Below the pieces are notes generated by a model, which was not told the origin of the DNA, searched no databases, and worked only from the letters and a program-made list of their open reading frames with translations. From the human T2T-CHM13v2.0 reference genome, Homo sapiens, in the NCBI GenBank assembly GCA_009914755.4, contig CP068257.2, forward strand, positions 43,616,001 to 43,680,000: a stretch of 64,000 nt of DNA, given 5' to 3'. Shown here piece by piece: positions 1 to 13,670 of the stretch. Both the position numbers and the translations under genes were made by a program. Each line of letters begins with the position of its first letter. Position 1 is the first letter of the stretch.

Positions 1-1902
1 TGCCTGTTTATTCATCCTCCATGTTCCCTGAGGAGACGGGCCTGGGAGGGCAGAGGCAGGCCCCACTCACACTCAGACCCCAAGCCTGGGCCTACTGCTG
101 GCCACGTGGTGGCTCAGGAGACCGTGGCATCTGCCTCCTGGCGCAGGTGGCATGTGCCCGTTCTCCTGAGGGGCATTCTCTGCAGACCAGCTCACATGCT
201 GTAGCATTGCGGCCTTTCTCAGGAGTCAGCAAGCATGTGTGTTCGTGCAAGCCTTTCTAGAAAGTGACGGGTGGGGACATGTTGGCAGTGGGGGGAGGGG
301 AGGGGCCGATAGCCTTGCAGCCTCTTGCGGGCCCAGGGCTGTCCGCTCTCCGTACCACTCACATGGCCACCCTGAGGGCAGTGAACCCGGGGCCGTGAAG
401 CTGCTCTGGTGTGTCCTGAAAAGGCCTTTCCATAGGAGCGAGAGGTGGCCGTGATGGCTGATGGGTCTGGAACGCATGGTCCCGCAGAGAGGCACGGCTC
501 CACGGCGCCCCCAAAATGTGAGCCCCTCCATTCACTCCTGTCATTCCCGCTTGTCGGGGCCGGGTCACTGAACTCCCAGGCCTGCTTGGGCTGCCCCCCG
601 CTCCCTGAAGACTCCGTGGCAGAGGGCTGGAGTGCAGGGAGGAGATGGCCCCAGCAGTGGGGGGTCTGGAAACATCTCCATCATCTTTGGGGTCCCCTCT
701 GGACCCGCCATGGCCTCCCTCACACTCCTCCGTGCAGGTCCAGGCTCTGCCTCACACGTGCCTTGCTTGCCACACTGGGGGCTGGGAGGCTGGGTGGGCT
801 GGGGGTCTGTCCTCCGCCTTGAGGAGCAGGACAGCGAATCCACCCTAAACTGACTCAGCCCTGCCCTGGCCTCTTCTTGAGGTGGAAGCGGTGTGTGCAA
901 TGGGAGGGGTGTCGGGGCAGAACTGTGTCCCCCAAAATTCATATGTTGAAGCTCTAACCCCTAGAACCTCAGAATGTGACTTAGGTCTTAAAAGGAAATA
1001 GGGGCTTAAAAATGGGGATTGAGTTAAAACGGAGGCCTTAAGTCATTAAATTGTACACCTTCAATACGTAACCTTGCAGTGCCCCAGATACCTTAATAGA
1101 TAAATGTTTAAGGCAAAGGACATCAGCAGGGTGGCTGGGACCCAGTCTGCCTGGTGTCCCTGTAAGAGGAGGGGGTGAGGATATAGACACACGCAGAGGG
1201 ATGGCACCGTGAGGACACAGGGAGGAGACAGCGTCTGTGAGTCCAGGAGCATCTCAGGAAGCAGCCCTGCCCCTCCTTGACCTCGGAGCCAGCCTCCAGG
1301 AGAATCCCTCCGTGTTGGTGCTGAAGCCCCCAGGCTGTGGTGTTTTCTCACAGCCGCCCTGAGTGACTCACAGCAGTTTGTCCCTGATGACTCTGTGCTC
1401 TCCTGGGGCTATGTCTTGGTTCTGTGGCTGAGCACCCCTGTTCCCTGCCCTTCCAGGCTCCTGCTCTGACAGCTGGGTGCCTGTGCTGATCTCCTGGCTG
1501 GGGCCGGAGACTCGCAGATAGGAAGTGGGTATTCCTGCCAGGAGCAGGGCGTGCACTTCTGAAAACAGGAGGGTGATCGGTGCAGGGGAAGCCTGGCTTC
1601 ATGTGCTGCTGGAAGTGGATCTGGGGATGAGTGACTCGGCTTGAATCCCTCAGGAGGTGTCGGGCGCCAAGGTCCCGAGCAGTTCCTGCTTCTCGTTTTT
1701 ATAACCTGAGGTGTCCCAATTAGCGGCTGCTTCAGAACAAATCACCCTCAAACTTAATGGCATAAACAACCACTCATTTAATTGTCTTCCACAGTCCTCT
1801 GGGTCAAGGTTCCAGGCGGGCTGGGCTCAGGGCTCTACTTGCAAAATGCACTTTATGGGCCCAGCTTCTCCCTGCCGTGGTGGGGGCCCAAGAAGCATCC
1901 CC

Positions 1903-2225
1903 AGTCTGGTGGAGTCCCCGGTCTGGATGAGCCCCCGGTCTGGTGGAGCCCCCCGGTCTGGTGGAGCCCCCGGTCTGGTGCAGCCCCCGGTCTGGTGGAG
2001 CCCCCCGGTCTGGATGAGCCTCTGGTCTGGTGGAGCCCCCGGTCTGGATGAGCCTCTGGTCTGGTGGAGCCCCCGGTCTGGTGCAGCCCCCGGTCTGGAT
2101 GAGCCCCCGGTCTGGTGGAGCCCCCCGGTCTGGTGGAGCCCCCCAGTCTGGATGAGCCTCCGGTCTGGTGGAGCCCCCGGTCTGGATGAGCCTCTGGTCT
2201 GGTGGCGTCCCCGGTCTGGTAGAGA
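1903..2225. repeat. Minisatellite with a unit of about 19-21 bp (ggtctggtggagcccccc / ggtctggatgagcctct), about 16 copies
   Basis: The tandem periodicity is visible directly. The repetitive proline/tryptophan ORFs on both strands are artifacts of the repeat. Confidence 0.9.
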
Positions 2226-2884
2226 ACGTTGAGGTGAGTGCTCGAGGGGTTGCTCGCTGCTGCTGGGCCCCACGGTGCCCACCTGGCCCCCCAGGACCCC
2301 AACCCCACACAGCCCTTTGTTAGCCTCCCCACCCCATGCACCTTCCTCCCTCCCCAGAACATCTGGTGAAGATTTGTTGTAACCTCCTGGGCCCACAGTC
2401 CTTGGGGCTGCTGCGGTCCGAGTGTCGGTGTCCCCCAGAATTCACGTGTTGAAATCTTACACCCCAGTGAGCTGGTGTTAGGCCTTTAGGTGAGTGATGA
2501 GGCACAAGGCTGGAGCCCCTTGAATGCGATTCCCAGGGGTCAGCACAGCCTCGTGCCTGAGAAAGCAGACGCAGCCGGGGAGTTGAGACACGGCGCCAAC
2601 ACGATGTGAGCAGGAGGCCAAGCATAGAGACGAAGTTTAGTTTCATTAAATGTCTTTCTCTTTGGCCGCGTTGCGGGAAAAATTTCTGCTGCTCACGAGT
2701 AGAAACACAAAGCAGACAGAAGAAGCCACTTGCTGAGGGAACCCAGGGAAGGGTGAACAGAGGCAGGCAGGTCGGAGGGCCAGGGAGGAGCCTGGCGGCC
2801 CGGAGCTAGGGGACAGGCAGGGCCACCTTATGAAAGCAGAGGGAGCCTGGGGGCTTGGGTGGGTCGACCCTTTCTTGTGCTGCC

Positions 2885-3165
2885 TGTGTTCTTCCCTGAG
2901 TGCAGGAGAGAGAGGGAGACACAGAGAGAGGCAGAAAGAAAGGGAGAGATGGGGGAGAAACACAGAGACAGGGAGACACAGAGGGAGAGACATAGAGGGA
3001 GAGACAGAGAAACATGGGGAGAGATAGAGGGACAGAGAAGGAGTGATGGGGAGAGAGGGAGAGACAGAGAGACTCAAAGAGACAGTGACTGAGGGGAGAG
3101 GCACAGAGACAAACAGAGCAGAAGGGGGAAACAGAGACAGAAAGAGACACGGAAGAGGGTCCTGG
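2885..3165. repeat. Purine-rich (GA/GAGACA) low-complexity tract
   Basis: It runs gagagagggagacacagagagaggcagaaagaaagggagagatggg... Confidence 0.85.
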
Positions 3166-3734
3166 GCGGGGCCAGGAGCTCTGGTTTTGGGGGCAATAGG
3201 ACTCAGTACCCGAGGGGATGTGCTCGGCGTTTGGGTGGATGGGGGGCGGGTGAGAATGGGGGAGGCTGTTTCCTCAGTTTGGAGGCTCCATTGACTGTAG
3301 GAGACACAGTAGCAGAGAGAGTGAAATGAAAACTAAATCGATCTCGGAAGGAGACAGGGTGGAAGACGTGGCTTTTGTCCCGAAGTTTCCAAAATTCCAT
3401 GCACTGCACAAGTGTATTTGGGGCAGGGTGTGAACGGGCTTCCAGGATCCCCCACCTGATGGAGCCGAAGGTGCGGCGTCACCTGCTTCAGGAGAGCAGC
3501 TGCAACCACAGCTGGCCAGGGCCCCGCCTCCCAGCCCAGCTCTCCTGCCTGCCTGGGTGGTAACTCCACCCACAGGTGGCAGCCGTGGCCACGTGTCTCT
3601 GGGCCACGTGATTGTGTGGGGTCAGGCGTGACTCCTGCTGGGCTCTTCCACCTGCCAGGCTTGGGGGTGGGAGTGGGAGGACGTGGCTGTTGCTGTGGGG
3701 GCATCCCTCTTGTCACCGTGGCAGAGGAGCCTGG

Positions 3735-3870
3735 AGGAGATCCCAGCAGTGCCCCCCACACACACCCAGAGCGGATCCCAGCAGTGCCCCCCACACACAC
3801 CCGGAGCGGATCCCAGCAGTGCCCCCCACACACACCCGGAGCCGATCCCAGCAGTGCCGCCTGTGTCCCT
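3735..3870. repeat. Tandem repeat with a 38-bp unit, about 3.5 copies (gatcccagcagtgccccccacacacacccggagcg)
   Basis: Direct tandem copies are visible. Confidence 0.85.
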
Positions 3871-6704
3871 GGATCCAGCCGTGCCTGAGGCCACCTCACC
3901 CACTGCCTTTTGAGTGGTGGAAGTTGTGCTCTTGAACTTCAAAGCCAACTTGGGTCAGGCTTTTGTTCTCTTGCGGCTGAAAACGTGCTGGGGTGGTTGT
4001 GGGTGGGTGGCAGGTGCCTCAGGAGGTGGCACAGCTTCGTGGGCAGGGCCCAGAGGTGCTGACCCGGGAGGCCTCCTGGTGCCACGGGGAGAGCCATGTT
4101 GAGGGGTCTGGCACGGATGGTGGGAAGCACCAAGTAAGTGGCCCTGACTCCAAGAGAACGGGGGAGTCCAGGGCTGCAGGACGGAAGGGCCCAGTGCTGC
4201 CTGTGGCGGCTGGGGCAGTTCTGGCGCCTCACGGGAGGGGCAGCCGTGGAAGCCCCATGAGCTTCCTAGGTACCAGGCCCTCTCTCGGCAGGACGAATCT
4301 CACGTGGTCCTTGCTGCCTGGATGGAGGGGAGTGACTAAAGATGGCAGGGACAGAGGCGTGGCAGGTCCTGTCTGCAGGGTGCCGCCCCGAGGTGGAGCA
4401 GGGGGCCTGGCAGTCCCACCAGGCTCAGAGCCTCCCCTCACCCCGCGCTTGGCTGGGGACATCAGAGCCTGTGGTGAGGGCACCTGTAATTCTTGATGGG
4501 GGCTCTGCTGGGTCGGGGGCTGCTTAGGCCTGGATGCCCTGATTGTGCCCATCCCCCTCTCCCTCCACACTGTCCCCTGCTCCCGAGGGGCTCCCTGCAG
4601 CCCTGACTCTGGCTGGCAGGGGAGGAGTCTGTGGTTGGTGGCGCACAGCAGGTGCGCAGCTGCTGCCCAGAGCTGCCCCCGGGCTCGGGAACTGAAGGAA
4701 GGGCTGTGTAGCCTGAAGCCTGGGCCTGGCCTGTGCTGCGGCCGCACCGCTGGGTGATGCAGGAGCCACTCCACCTCCCTGGCACCCCAGCCTCATCCGG
4801 CAACCTGGGAGTGTGGGCCTCCTGCCCCTCCAGGGAGGCCCTGGCCGTGTCCTCATGGGGCCCCTCCAGGTCCTTGTGGCTCCAGGTCGGGACAGTGGCT
4901 GTGAGATCTGACCCTCCCGTTCCCCCTCCACCAAGTAGGAGAAACCCCGGAGCATGAGCCCTCGTCCTTCACCGTCCCGGGGACAGGGGGACCCCCAGAT
5001 GCTGCACGGCTGACAGGCCAACGTGGCAGAAGCTCCAGCTTCACAGGAAGCCAGTGACCATGAGAGTCTGTAGCTGTAACGAAGCCACAGAGCTGTGGCT
5101 TTCTTTCCCCTTCAGCTCTAGGAAAGGTTATCTGCCCTGCACAGATATCCGGAGGCCTGGCTGGGCTCTGAGAGCATCAGACTGATTATCGTAAGAAAAT
5201 AATCTCTGCAGACACATTCCTTGCTAGAAGCAGGGGACAAAGCCCAGCTTCAAAGACAATTCCACACACGCCCTCCCTGCCCTGCACAGCTGCCTGCCGG
5301 GTGGGAGCAGAGCCCTTGCAGCCGGGCTCAGGGGCCTGGGCAGGGACAGCGTGTGGCAGGGGCACAGCTGAGACAGGAGCCTCAAAGCGACACCAACCCG
5401 ACGTGAAGCTACAGTTGAGGAGACACAGCTGCCCCCATTCCCGGGCCTCATCTCCACAGTGAGACGCTGGACTCTCTCCCTGACCCACCGTCTCTTAGAA
5501 CCTCCCCTCCATCCGGAGCAGTTCGGCAGCCCCAGGGCAGCCAGGGGAACCCTGCCGAGTGCCTCTGGGCCGCCACAGACCGCAGAGCCCGCGGGAGCCT
5601 TGCTCACACAGCCTCAGGTCCACTGTGGTCTTGGGGGAAAGCCCTGTCCTGGGACAGGGGAGCCGGGGGTCGGGGTCCTGGCCCTGGACCACCATCTGGG
5701 GACCACGTTGTCACGCCTGCAAAGCTCCCTGCCCCACCCCCATGTGCCGGCTGGTGTTGACACCTTTGTAGAGTGGGAACCTGCCTCCGACCCCAGCCTG
5801 CAGCCACAGGGCAGGTTATAGACCAGGTGAGAGGGCGCCGCGCCCAGAACCAAGGAGCACAAGTCCGCAGTGCCCATGAGATCCTCATGCTGGCCGGCGC
5901 AGGAGCCATCCTCGGCCTCTGCAGGTCCTCGTGGGAAACCGCGGGGGCACGTGGGGCGGCTGCAGGGTCTGCAAAGCCGGCTGTTTGCGAAGGGCGCAGC
6001 TCCACCTGGAACAGCCGAGGCCGCCCACGCGCTTCCCGCGGGATCAGAGCAGCCTCCACGGCTGTTGTCTCAGGCACCACGGGATGCCTTTCTTCGTTTC
6101 AATAGCTGTGGGAAAGCCTCAATCGGTCCTGAAAGAACCCAGATGTGCAGCAATGACAAGGCCTTCTCTGAGACTCTAGAACCTTCTGCCATCTCAGACA
6201 GGAGGGAGCCGTGAGGCAGGCGGGAGATTTGCAGTCAGCAAAGGACGGGCAGGTGGGGCAGCTGCACACCCAGGGCCCTCTCCACGGTCCTCCCGGGCCC
6301 ACCCCTCCCGCGGTCCTGGGTCATCCACCTGCTGGCCTCACCCTGCCCACGCGGCCAGGTCCCACCGGCCCCTGAGCTCAACAGACCAAAGCTGGCCCGA
6401 CCCCACCCCCAAGAAGAATGAAACAATTTTTTTTTACCTCTTGCAGAAAAGTAAAAGATCATTTATTCATTCTGTTTCTAGATAGCAAAACTAAGTGTCA
6501 AAAGCACCTTCTGCACACAGTCTGCACACACTGGCCGGTGGTCCTGTTCCCGCAAGGTTGAGCTGTGTCCCAGAGACATGGGTCCTCCGGGTGATGAGGA
6601 GCCGCTGGAGGGCCCTGAGCTGCACGTGCTAATGATTAACGCCCCGTCCGTGCTGGCCGGTTTCTCAAATGCCTCCTGACGATTGCGCACAGCCGGACAT
6701 CATT

Positions 6705-7040
6705 TGTACTGAGAGACAAAAGGAAATCACTGAGGCTTTCTGAGGTGAGCTGGGCGGCCGCGGGGGGACTGGACTCACACCTGCTAACGGCCAGTCCACA
6801 GGACCTGCCCAGAGGCTGGGACACACCGCTGAAGTCACATCCCACGGGGAGCATCCTCACCAACTGACAATCAGCACGGGTTTGTAATTAAGGGTTTCTG
6901 CCCAGCCAATGAACGGCCTCCAGAAACAACCTTTGTGGAACCCCCTATAAAAGCCTTCCCAGCGCTTGCCTTCAGGACACTGCTCAGGGCTGACTCAGTG
7001 TACCCAAACTGCAGTCTTTGTTTCCCAAATAAGCAGTCAT
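6705..7040 (+). mobile_element. ERV 5' LTR of a class I, gamma-like ERV; family not assigned
   Basis: It is about 80-85% similar to 9275-9540 and 9841-9925. A TATA-like tataaaagcc lies at about 6940 and AATAA at about 7020. Confidence 0.55.
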
Positions 7041-9274
7041 TCATTCTACCTCCGTGTCAATCTTTTCTTCGTGAACACAGCTGGTGTCAGGAGCAGGGCT
7101 CAGCAAGATCTCTCCTTTGAGCGGCTTTCTCTGGAATCGGGTGAAGTCCCCACAACACAGAGGCCCCTGTGCGCGCCCCTTCTTTGGGGCCAGCACCTCC
7201 CTTCAACTGAGGCTGATACCTTTATTTGGGAATCTGGGGGCAGTTGCTGCCTCTGTGCCGGCAAAGGCTTTCAGCTTGGAGGACGTTTTCCCTGCTTACT
7301 GGAGATTTTCCCAATGGTGAGTATTATTATCTTAAGTATGGGACTCTGTGCGTCTAAACCTCGTAACAGTTGTGCCCCCTCTGGACTCCAGCCCCGTTTA
7401 TCTGGAGCAATGGACCTTTTTACATTGGCCAAACTGGGGTTCCTTTGCTACACCAACCTAGGTTTTCTCTGAACTAAATTAGAAGAACTTGGTTCCAAAA
7501 CAAGGGTCTTAGCATGTGGGAAGCCACAGAGCCCTAGGAAGGGGGCGTGCTCATGGAAAGATACTGAGCGCGAGGAGCGTTGGGTGCAGCTCCTCCAGAA
7601 GCGAGAGAACGGCCCGTGGCTATGTATTAAAATATACACGTCCAGATGGGGTGCTTGTTTTAATTGGCATTTGGAGGCATCTGGCTGGATGCCATCAGAA
7701 CTCTAACATTGCCTCTCTCCAAAACACAGCGCCTGAACTCACAGAGGCTGATAAAGCACTGAAAGGTGGAGTCCTGGGCCCAGGGCTCCTCCTGCCCCTC
7801 GTTCGGGTTGTTCGTGAGTTTGGTGTGCTTTGGAAACAGACTTTTTAACCTCCAGAGGGAACCAAATTAAAAATGACACTTTTGTCAATAGTTTATTAAA
7901 TTCAATTTGGCTTCCCTCTGACCATAATCAAAATTTCTGGGTATTCAAAATTGGAGTCAGATGAGGCTAAAGAAAAACTTGGTTGATTCCACAGCAAAAG
8001 CCGCTGCCTTGAGTTTCACTGAGACCAAAAACCTTACAGCTAAGATAATTTTCCCAAAAAGGATGTAAATGATGTTATTAAAGACACTCTGTCCCCAGCA
8101 CCCCATGAGCCAGTGTTACCAGAATCTATGAACACGTCAGACGACTCATTGGGCAACTAATGAACTTACACGTTTACAAAACAGTATTGGTGGGGAAATA
8201 TTTCAAGGGCGGCCGAAGAGGCACAACTGCCTTGTGCTGTTTGTCCAAAATTCAACCCAGCAAAGACAATTTGGAGAGTCCCAGGTCATTCTGACCTGCC
8301 AAGTGGACCCTCTGAGGTTTGGCAAATGGACTTCATCCAGCCACTGCCTCTCAAGACTGTAAGTATGTCGTGATGATTTGCATGTTCTTCTCCTGGGTAG
8401 AAGCATTCCCTTCCTGATGTGCCGCTGCCTCAGATGCTGCAAACTCTACAAGAACAGATTCTCCCTAAGTGACAAGGGCGTATCTTCACAGGTAGTGACA
8501 AGGAGCTCCACTGGCCAGGTCATAAAACAAATCTGTGAAGTCTGGTCCACATGACAGCACTGTCATTGTGCCTACCATCCCCAATCTTGCAGACTGGTGG
8601 AAAGCACAGATGGCATCAACTGGCAGAATTTCAGGAAGCACTAAAATTGCCCCCGCCAAAGGCACTTCCTCTGGTCCTTCTCAATCTAAGGTCTGCACCT
8701 TTTGGAAACTGCAAGTTGTCACCTTTTGAAATGATCACTGGAGGGCCAATGCATAGAGTCCCTTCTGCTTTTAATAGTCCACTGATGAAAGGAGACATGC
8801 TCCAGTATTGTAAAGGAATAATGAAGGCTGTCCACGCAAGTCATACCCTGGTCAGACAATCTTTACACAGTGTGTTCCCAGGAGATAAAGGCACCAGACA
8901 TCACAACCTTCAGCCTGATCATTTTCTCTATTGGAAAAGACATTTACAAAAAGATTTCCTTCAACCTCAGTGAAGAGTCCACATCAGGTACTCCTTACCC
9001 ATCCCTGTGCTGCCAAACTAAAAGGTGTTGACCCTTGGATTGAGGTTTCTCATTTAAAGAAACCTCTACCCCTGCTGGAATTCGGACAATCACCTGAAAT
9101 GAAAACTGACCCAAAGGTGAAGCAGATGACAGTTGAGCTTGACTGAGGTCACGTCCCCAACGAGGGACATGACTCCCTGGGACAAGTCCCTCCCAGCAAC
9201 AAGGGACAACATCACATTCACCAACTGATCTGTGACACTTTCTGGAGGAAGAACTTGGTCAAAAGGGGGAAATG
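7041..9274 (+). mobile_element. ERV internal region, heavily deleted, with a pol/integrase remnant
   Basis: An integrase motif WQMDFIQPLP is encoded at about 8320-8350. The ORF at 8551-8973 resembles the C-terminus of gammaretroviral integrase (...RSAPFGNCKLSPFEMITGGPMH...YWKRH...). A polypurine tract [14 protein letters not shown] at 9262-9271, immediately before the 3' LTR. Confidence 0.5.
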
Positions 9275-9925
<651 letters not shown>

Positions 9926-10894
9926 ATGCTTAATACTATTAAAAGTGAACAATGAAAAAGCAGATTCAAAACCTATTCAAATGGTTCTAACTCAATGTGT
10001 TAGTACAGTCACAGCTGCTTACTGAAAACACACACTTGGTCTACTTCAGGAAGACGTGTGGAGAAAGGGTGAAGGGTGAGCCACTGGGCCCAGCTCACCA
10101 CACGACGGCCCCCTGTGCTTGTGTGCGCCCCAACTCACAGTGACAACACTCCGGCCATGCCTCTGCGTGTTGGCTTGGTGTCATCTGCATTGCACTGGAG
10201 TGAAACAGGGTCAGGCTGCCACCATTCACACAAACTTTAAAAATGAAACCTTTATCAAGGGAACATCTTTGGACTGTTTTTAAAACCTTTGGAACCATGA
10301 CTTGGAGCTGGCAGAACAGGCTGTGGCTGTGGACTTCAGCACTACCAACAGTGCTGAAAACACTATGATTTACATCCATTCCAAGTTGCAAGTCCATCTT
10401 TTCTTCCTGCGACAAAAGACCATTAGCTTAAAAAAGGGAGCGGGTTCCATCATCCTTGCAGCAGCTAAGACAACCCCTTGGGGTCCACCTGGGCTCCCAG
10501 CCCCACCTTCCTGATGTTCAGACCCAGCAACTCCTTCCAGGGATACCGCAGGCACTCAGGTCCTCTTGTTAAATTAAATTTGGCCTAAAGCTGCCTCCAT
10601 TCTTTGCATTTCTGCCTAGTGAATTGCAACCTAACGAAGCATGTAAACAAACTCAACCTAATAAGTCTATTTTGTAACAAGTAGCTGAGTCTGTCATAAG
10701 CTGCCAGTGGGTCAGACCACACCCACAGGTGGCAGACGCCCAGCCGTAGCCAATCAGGCTGTTTCCGTGTCTCACTTCCGTGTTCTGTCTGTAAGTGCTG
10801 CCTGCCCGTGCTGCTGAGTGGAGCTCGCTGAACCTCTCCCGGTTCTGAGTGCAATTCATGAACTGTTCTTTGTTCAAATAAACTCTAAAGTTTT

Positions 10895-11201
<307 letters not shown>

Positions 11202-11978
11202 TAAAGTTTTTCAACACTCTTGACCATTGCGTCTCACCCGGACCACGCAACAGCCTCCTCACCAGCCTCCGGCTTCCAGGCTATTCCCTGCACAGTGGCC
11301 ACATCACACCCTACGCTGCTCAGACCCTGCAGCGGCCCTCCTACGCACAGATCCTCCTGATGCATCAGTGGCCCAGCTGCTCCATCTGGGACACCAGCTT
11401 CTCTCCGCCTTGGCCGTATGAGCCCTGGGGGCCTCTGTATTCATTGTTCCCGGCCATTGCGAGTTATAGCCCCCCCAGCCTTCCTGAGCCCCTCCCAACC
11501 TCCCACCACCTCCAGGCTTTCTCCACGCGAGTTCTGCAGCATTTACCAGCACCTACCACACAATCTTCTCACTGGCTGGTCTTTTCCCACCACAATTAAA
11601 CTCCCAAAGGCCATACTGCCATCTCCTATGTGCCTAAAAACCTGGCAGTTTTACACCTGAGGGATTCTTTCCCCAAAGAGGCCTCCCAGCAGTCTAATGA
11701 ACAGAAGAGGGCTGGCTGCTGTTGATGACGAGGACTTGCAGGGCCCCTTGAGCACACCCAGGCCACACTGGGGGCCCAGGGGCTCTGGCAGAAGTGGTGT
11801 CCTGATGTAGATGCCACAGCACTCGCAGGCCAGCAGGAGCGGCCCCTACCCTGTTCCTCCATGCCTGGTCACCATCCGCTTTCTGGGAGATCTGAAAAGG
11901 TTCTTCCACCTTCCGCTGTGTGGCAGGAAATGAGTCTAATGAGTCTACACTCCACAGCTACCAACTACCATAAAGCAG

Positions 11979-11984
11979 TTTATT
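11979..11984 (-). terminator. POFUT2: Candidate polyadenylation signal AATAAA for POFUT2
   Basis: This is the first canonical hexamer downstream of the stop on the minus strand. It is followed by a T/G-containing stretch and then an Alu. Confidence 0.3.
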
Positions 11985-12654
11985 TTTCTTAAAAAGGAAG
12001 GTACATGGTCACAGTCCAAAATGTTTTATACAGCTCTCAGCCTGGAAAATGCAACTGATGAAAAAGGCACTGTTTCTAGAACAAATGGAAAAAGAATAAA
12101 TATGTCATCATTTACCCTGCACAGCTTTGAGTAACACCATAGGACCCTGTCACACGTTCAGGGTCAATTTTAAAAGCTTGAGAAGACACAGCAAGGTGAT
12201 GTCCTAGACTAGCCAGGCTCCGAAAGGAAGAGCTGTCTGTCCCTCCTCACTAACTGTCCTCTCTCTGTCACAGGTGTCCATGTCACTGTTCCTCTAGCAG
12301 ATGTGGAAAGTGGCTGCTCAGTGAGGACTCAGCCCCCACCAACCTGACTGAGGGTCACACGACACCATGGTGGAAAGTCACAAAGGGTAACGGGCCAAGA
12401 GGGTGAGGGGGGCTCCCTGACCCTGAGGACCCCTGAGGCACTGCTGCACCTTCCACGGATTCTGTGTCTAGCGTTGCCCTCTTTGCAGATGCCCCTCGTG
12501 GTGGTGGCACAAAGACCTAAAAATGATTTCTGTAAAATGGGTACAAGGAGCTCCCTGATAAAGCAGCTCATCCTAGACAGCCTTTTGGAGTTAGCGTAAC
12601 TGTCCTTCCTCATTTCTAGTTCTCAATAGCGAATGGTAGACCTGGAGGCCCCAT

Positions 12655-12795
12655 GTGCACCTGCCAGCCGGGGCGAGGGCAGGGACGGCCAGCCGGGCGA
12701 GGGCGGGGCAGTCGGGGTGAGGGTGGGGCGGGGCAGTCGGGGCGAGGGAGGGGTGGCCAGTGGGGGCGAGGGTGGGTGGCCAGCCGGGCCTGGTG
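12655..12795. repeat. GC-rich minisatellite with a unit of about 20 bp (gggcgagggcggggcagtcg), about 7 copies, in the putative POFUT2 3'UTR region
   Basis: Tandem periodicity is visible. Confidence 0.8.
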
Positions 12796-13516
12796 TGAGG
12801 AGCAGAGCTGCAAGTTTCCTACAGACAATCCACTGAGTGCCCCAGAGACGTCACTGAAAAACTTCCCAGTGCTCTGACGTGCCAGCAGTAGGGCCTGAAC
12901 TGTCATCCCTCCACGGGGCTCCCTGAGGCCTCAGGCCCTTTCCTTTGCAGCACCAGGTCTGCCTTGCACGCATCCCAGGAGGAAACACACAGGCAGCCTC
13001 CTGCTGCGCGGAGGGCAACGGAGGGATTCATGAGGCCCCTGGTCGCTCTGCAGACATTTAAAATGACGCTTCTCCTTGCACCAGCTCCCAGGGAAATGTC
13101 AGCCCGGGTCCACCTGACGGAGGGCAGCTCACCCGCCTGCATCTATCCTCAATGCACTTAAAATATGAAGACATGAAAGGTGGCTGGAAAGGCCAGAGCG
13201 GGAGCCTGACAAACACTCCTGCTTCTGGGTCACCACGCGGGCACTGCTGGCAACCGAGCTGTGGGTTCACAGACGCTGCCTGAAAACAACCGCCGCCCCC
13301 GAGAGCAGCGGAGCCTCTTCATCAGCCATGGCGGCTGGCAACGCCGAGGACGGAGCCCAGCTCTAGAGGCGTGGGGCCTCTTCTGGGCCTGGGACCCTGC
13401 GAGGGACGGTCCTGTCCGCCCAGCTCCCGGCTGGCAGTAGACGGTGACTCCACGGCGACAGAACCTGCATCCACCCGCGCCTGTCGGGTCCGGGGAGCGG
13501 CCCTGGAGGATCCTCC

Positions 13517-13670
13517 TCAGTAGGTGATCTTCCAGTGGGTGGGTTGCTCACACGCCTTCTCTTGGTCTCCGCAGAACCTGTTGTACGTCGTCTTGGGGTC
13601 CAACCCCAGGATTTCTCTTTCCTCATGAATCCGAAAAGAAAATGTTGAGACTGAGGTGCCAATAAAAAAC
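13517..13670 (-). CDS. POFUT2: POFUT2 exon 9 coding part, with the stop TGA at 13519-13517
   Basis: The acceptor is cctttgcag|gttttttattgg. It translates as (R)[50 protein letters not shown] then a stop. Exon lengths sum to 1290 nt, which is 429 aa plus a stop. Confidence 0.88.

Larger units (their letters stand above)
11960..13516 (-). other. POFUT2: Putative POFUT2 3'UTR extending to the first poly(A) signal
   Basis: The stretch downstream of the stop on the minus strand is unique sequence. The first AATAAA on the minus strand is at 11984-11979 (tttatt on plus). A 3'UTR of roughly 1.5 kb is plausible for a transcript of about 2.9 kb. The 3' end was not verified. Confidence 0.35.

Noticed and set aside
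8551-8973. 140-aa integrase-like ORF
   Set aside because: It is an ERV pol remnant inside an LTR-flanked degenerate provirus and not a host gene.
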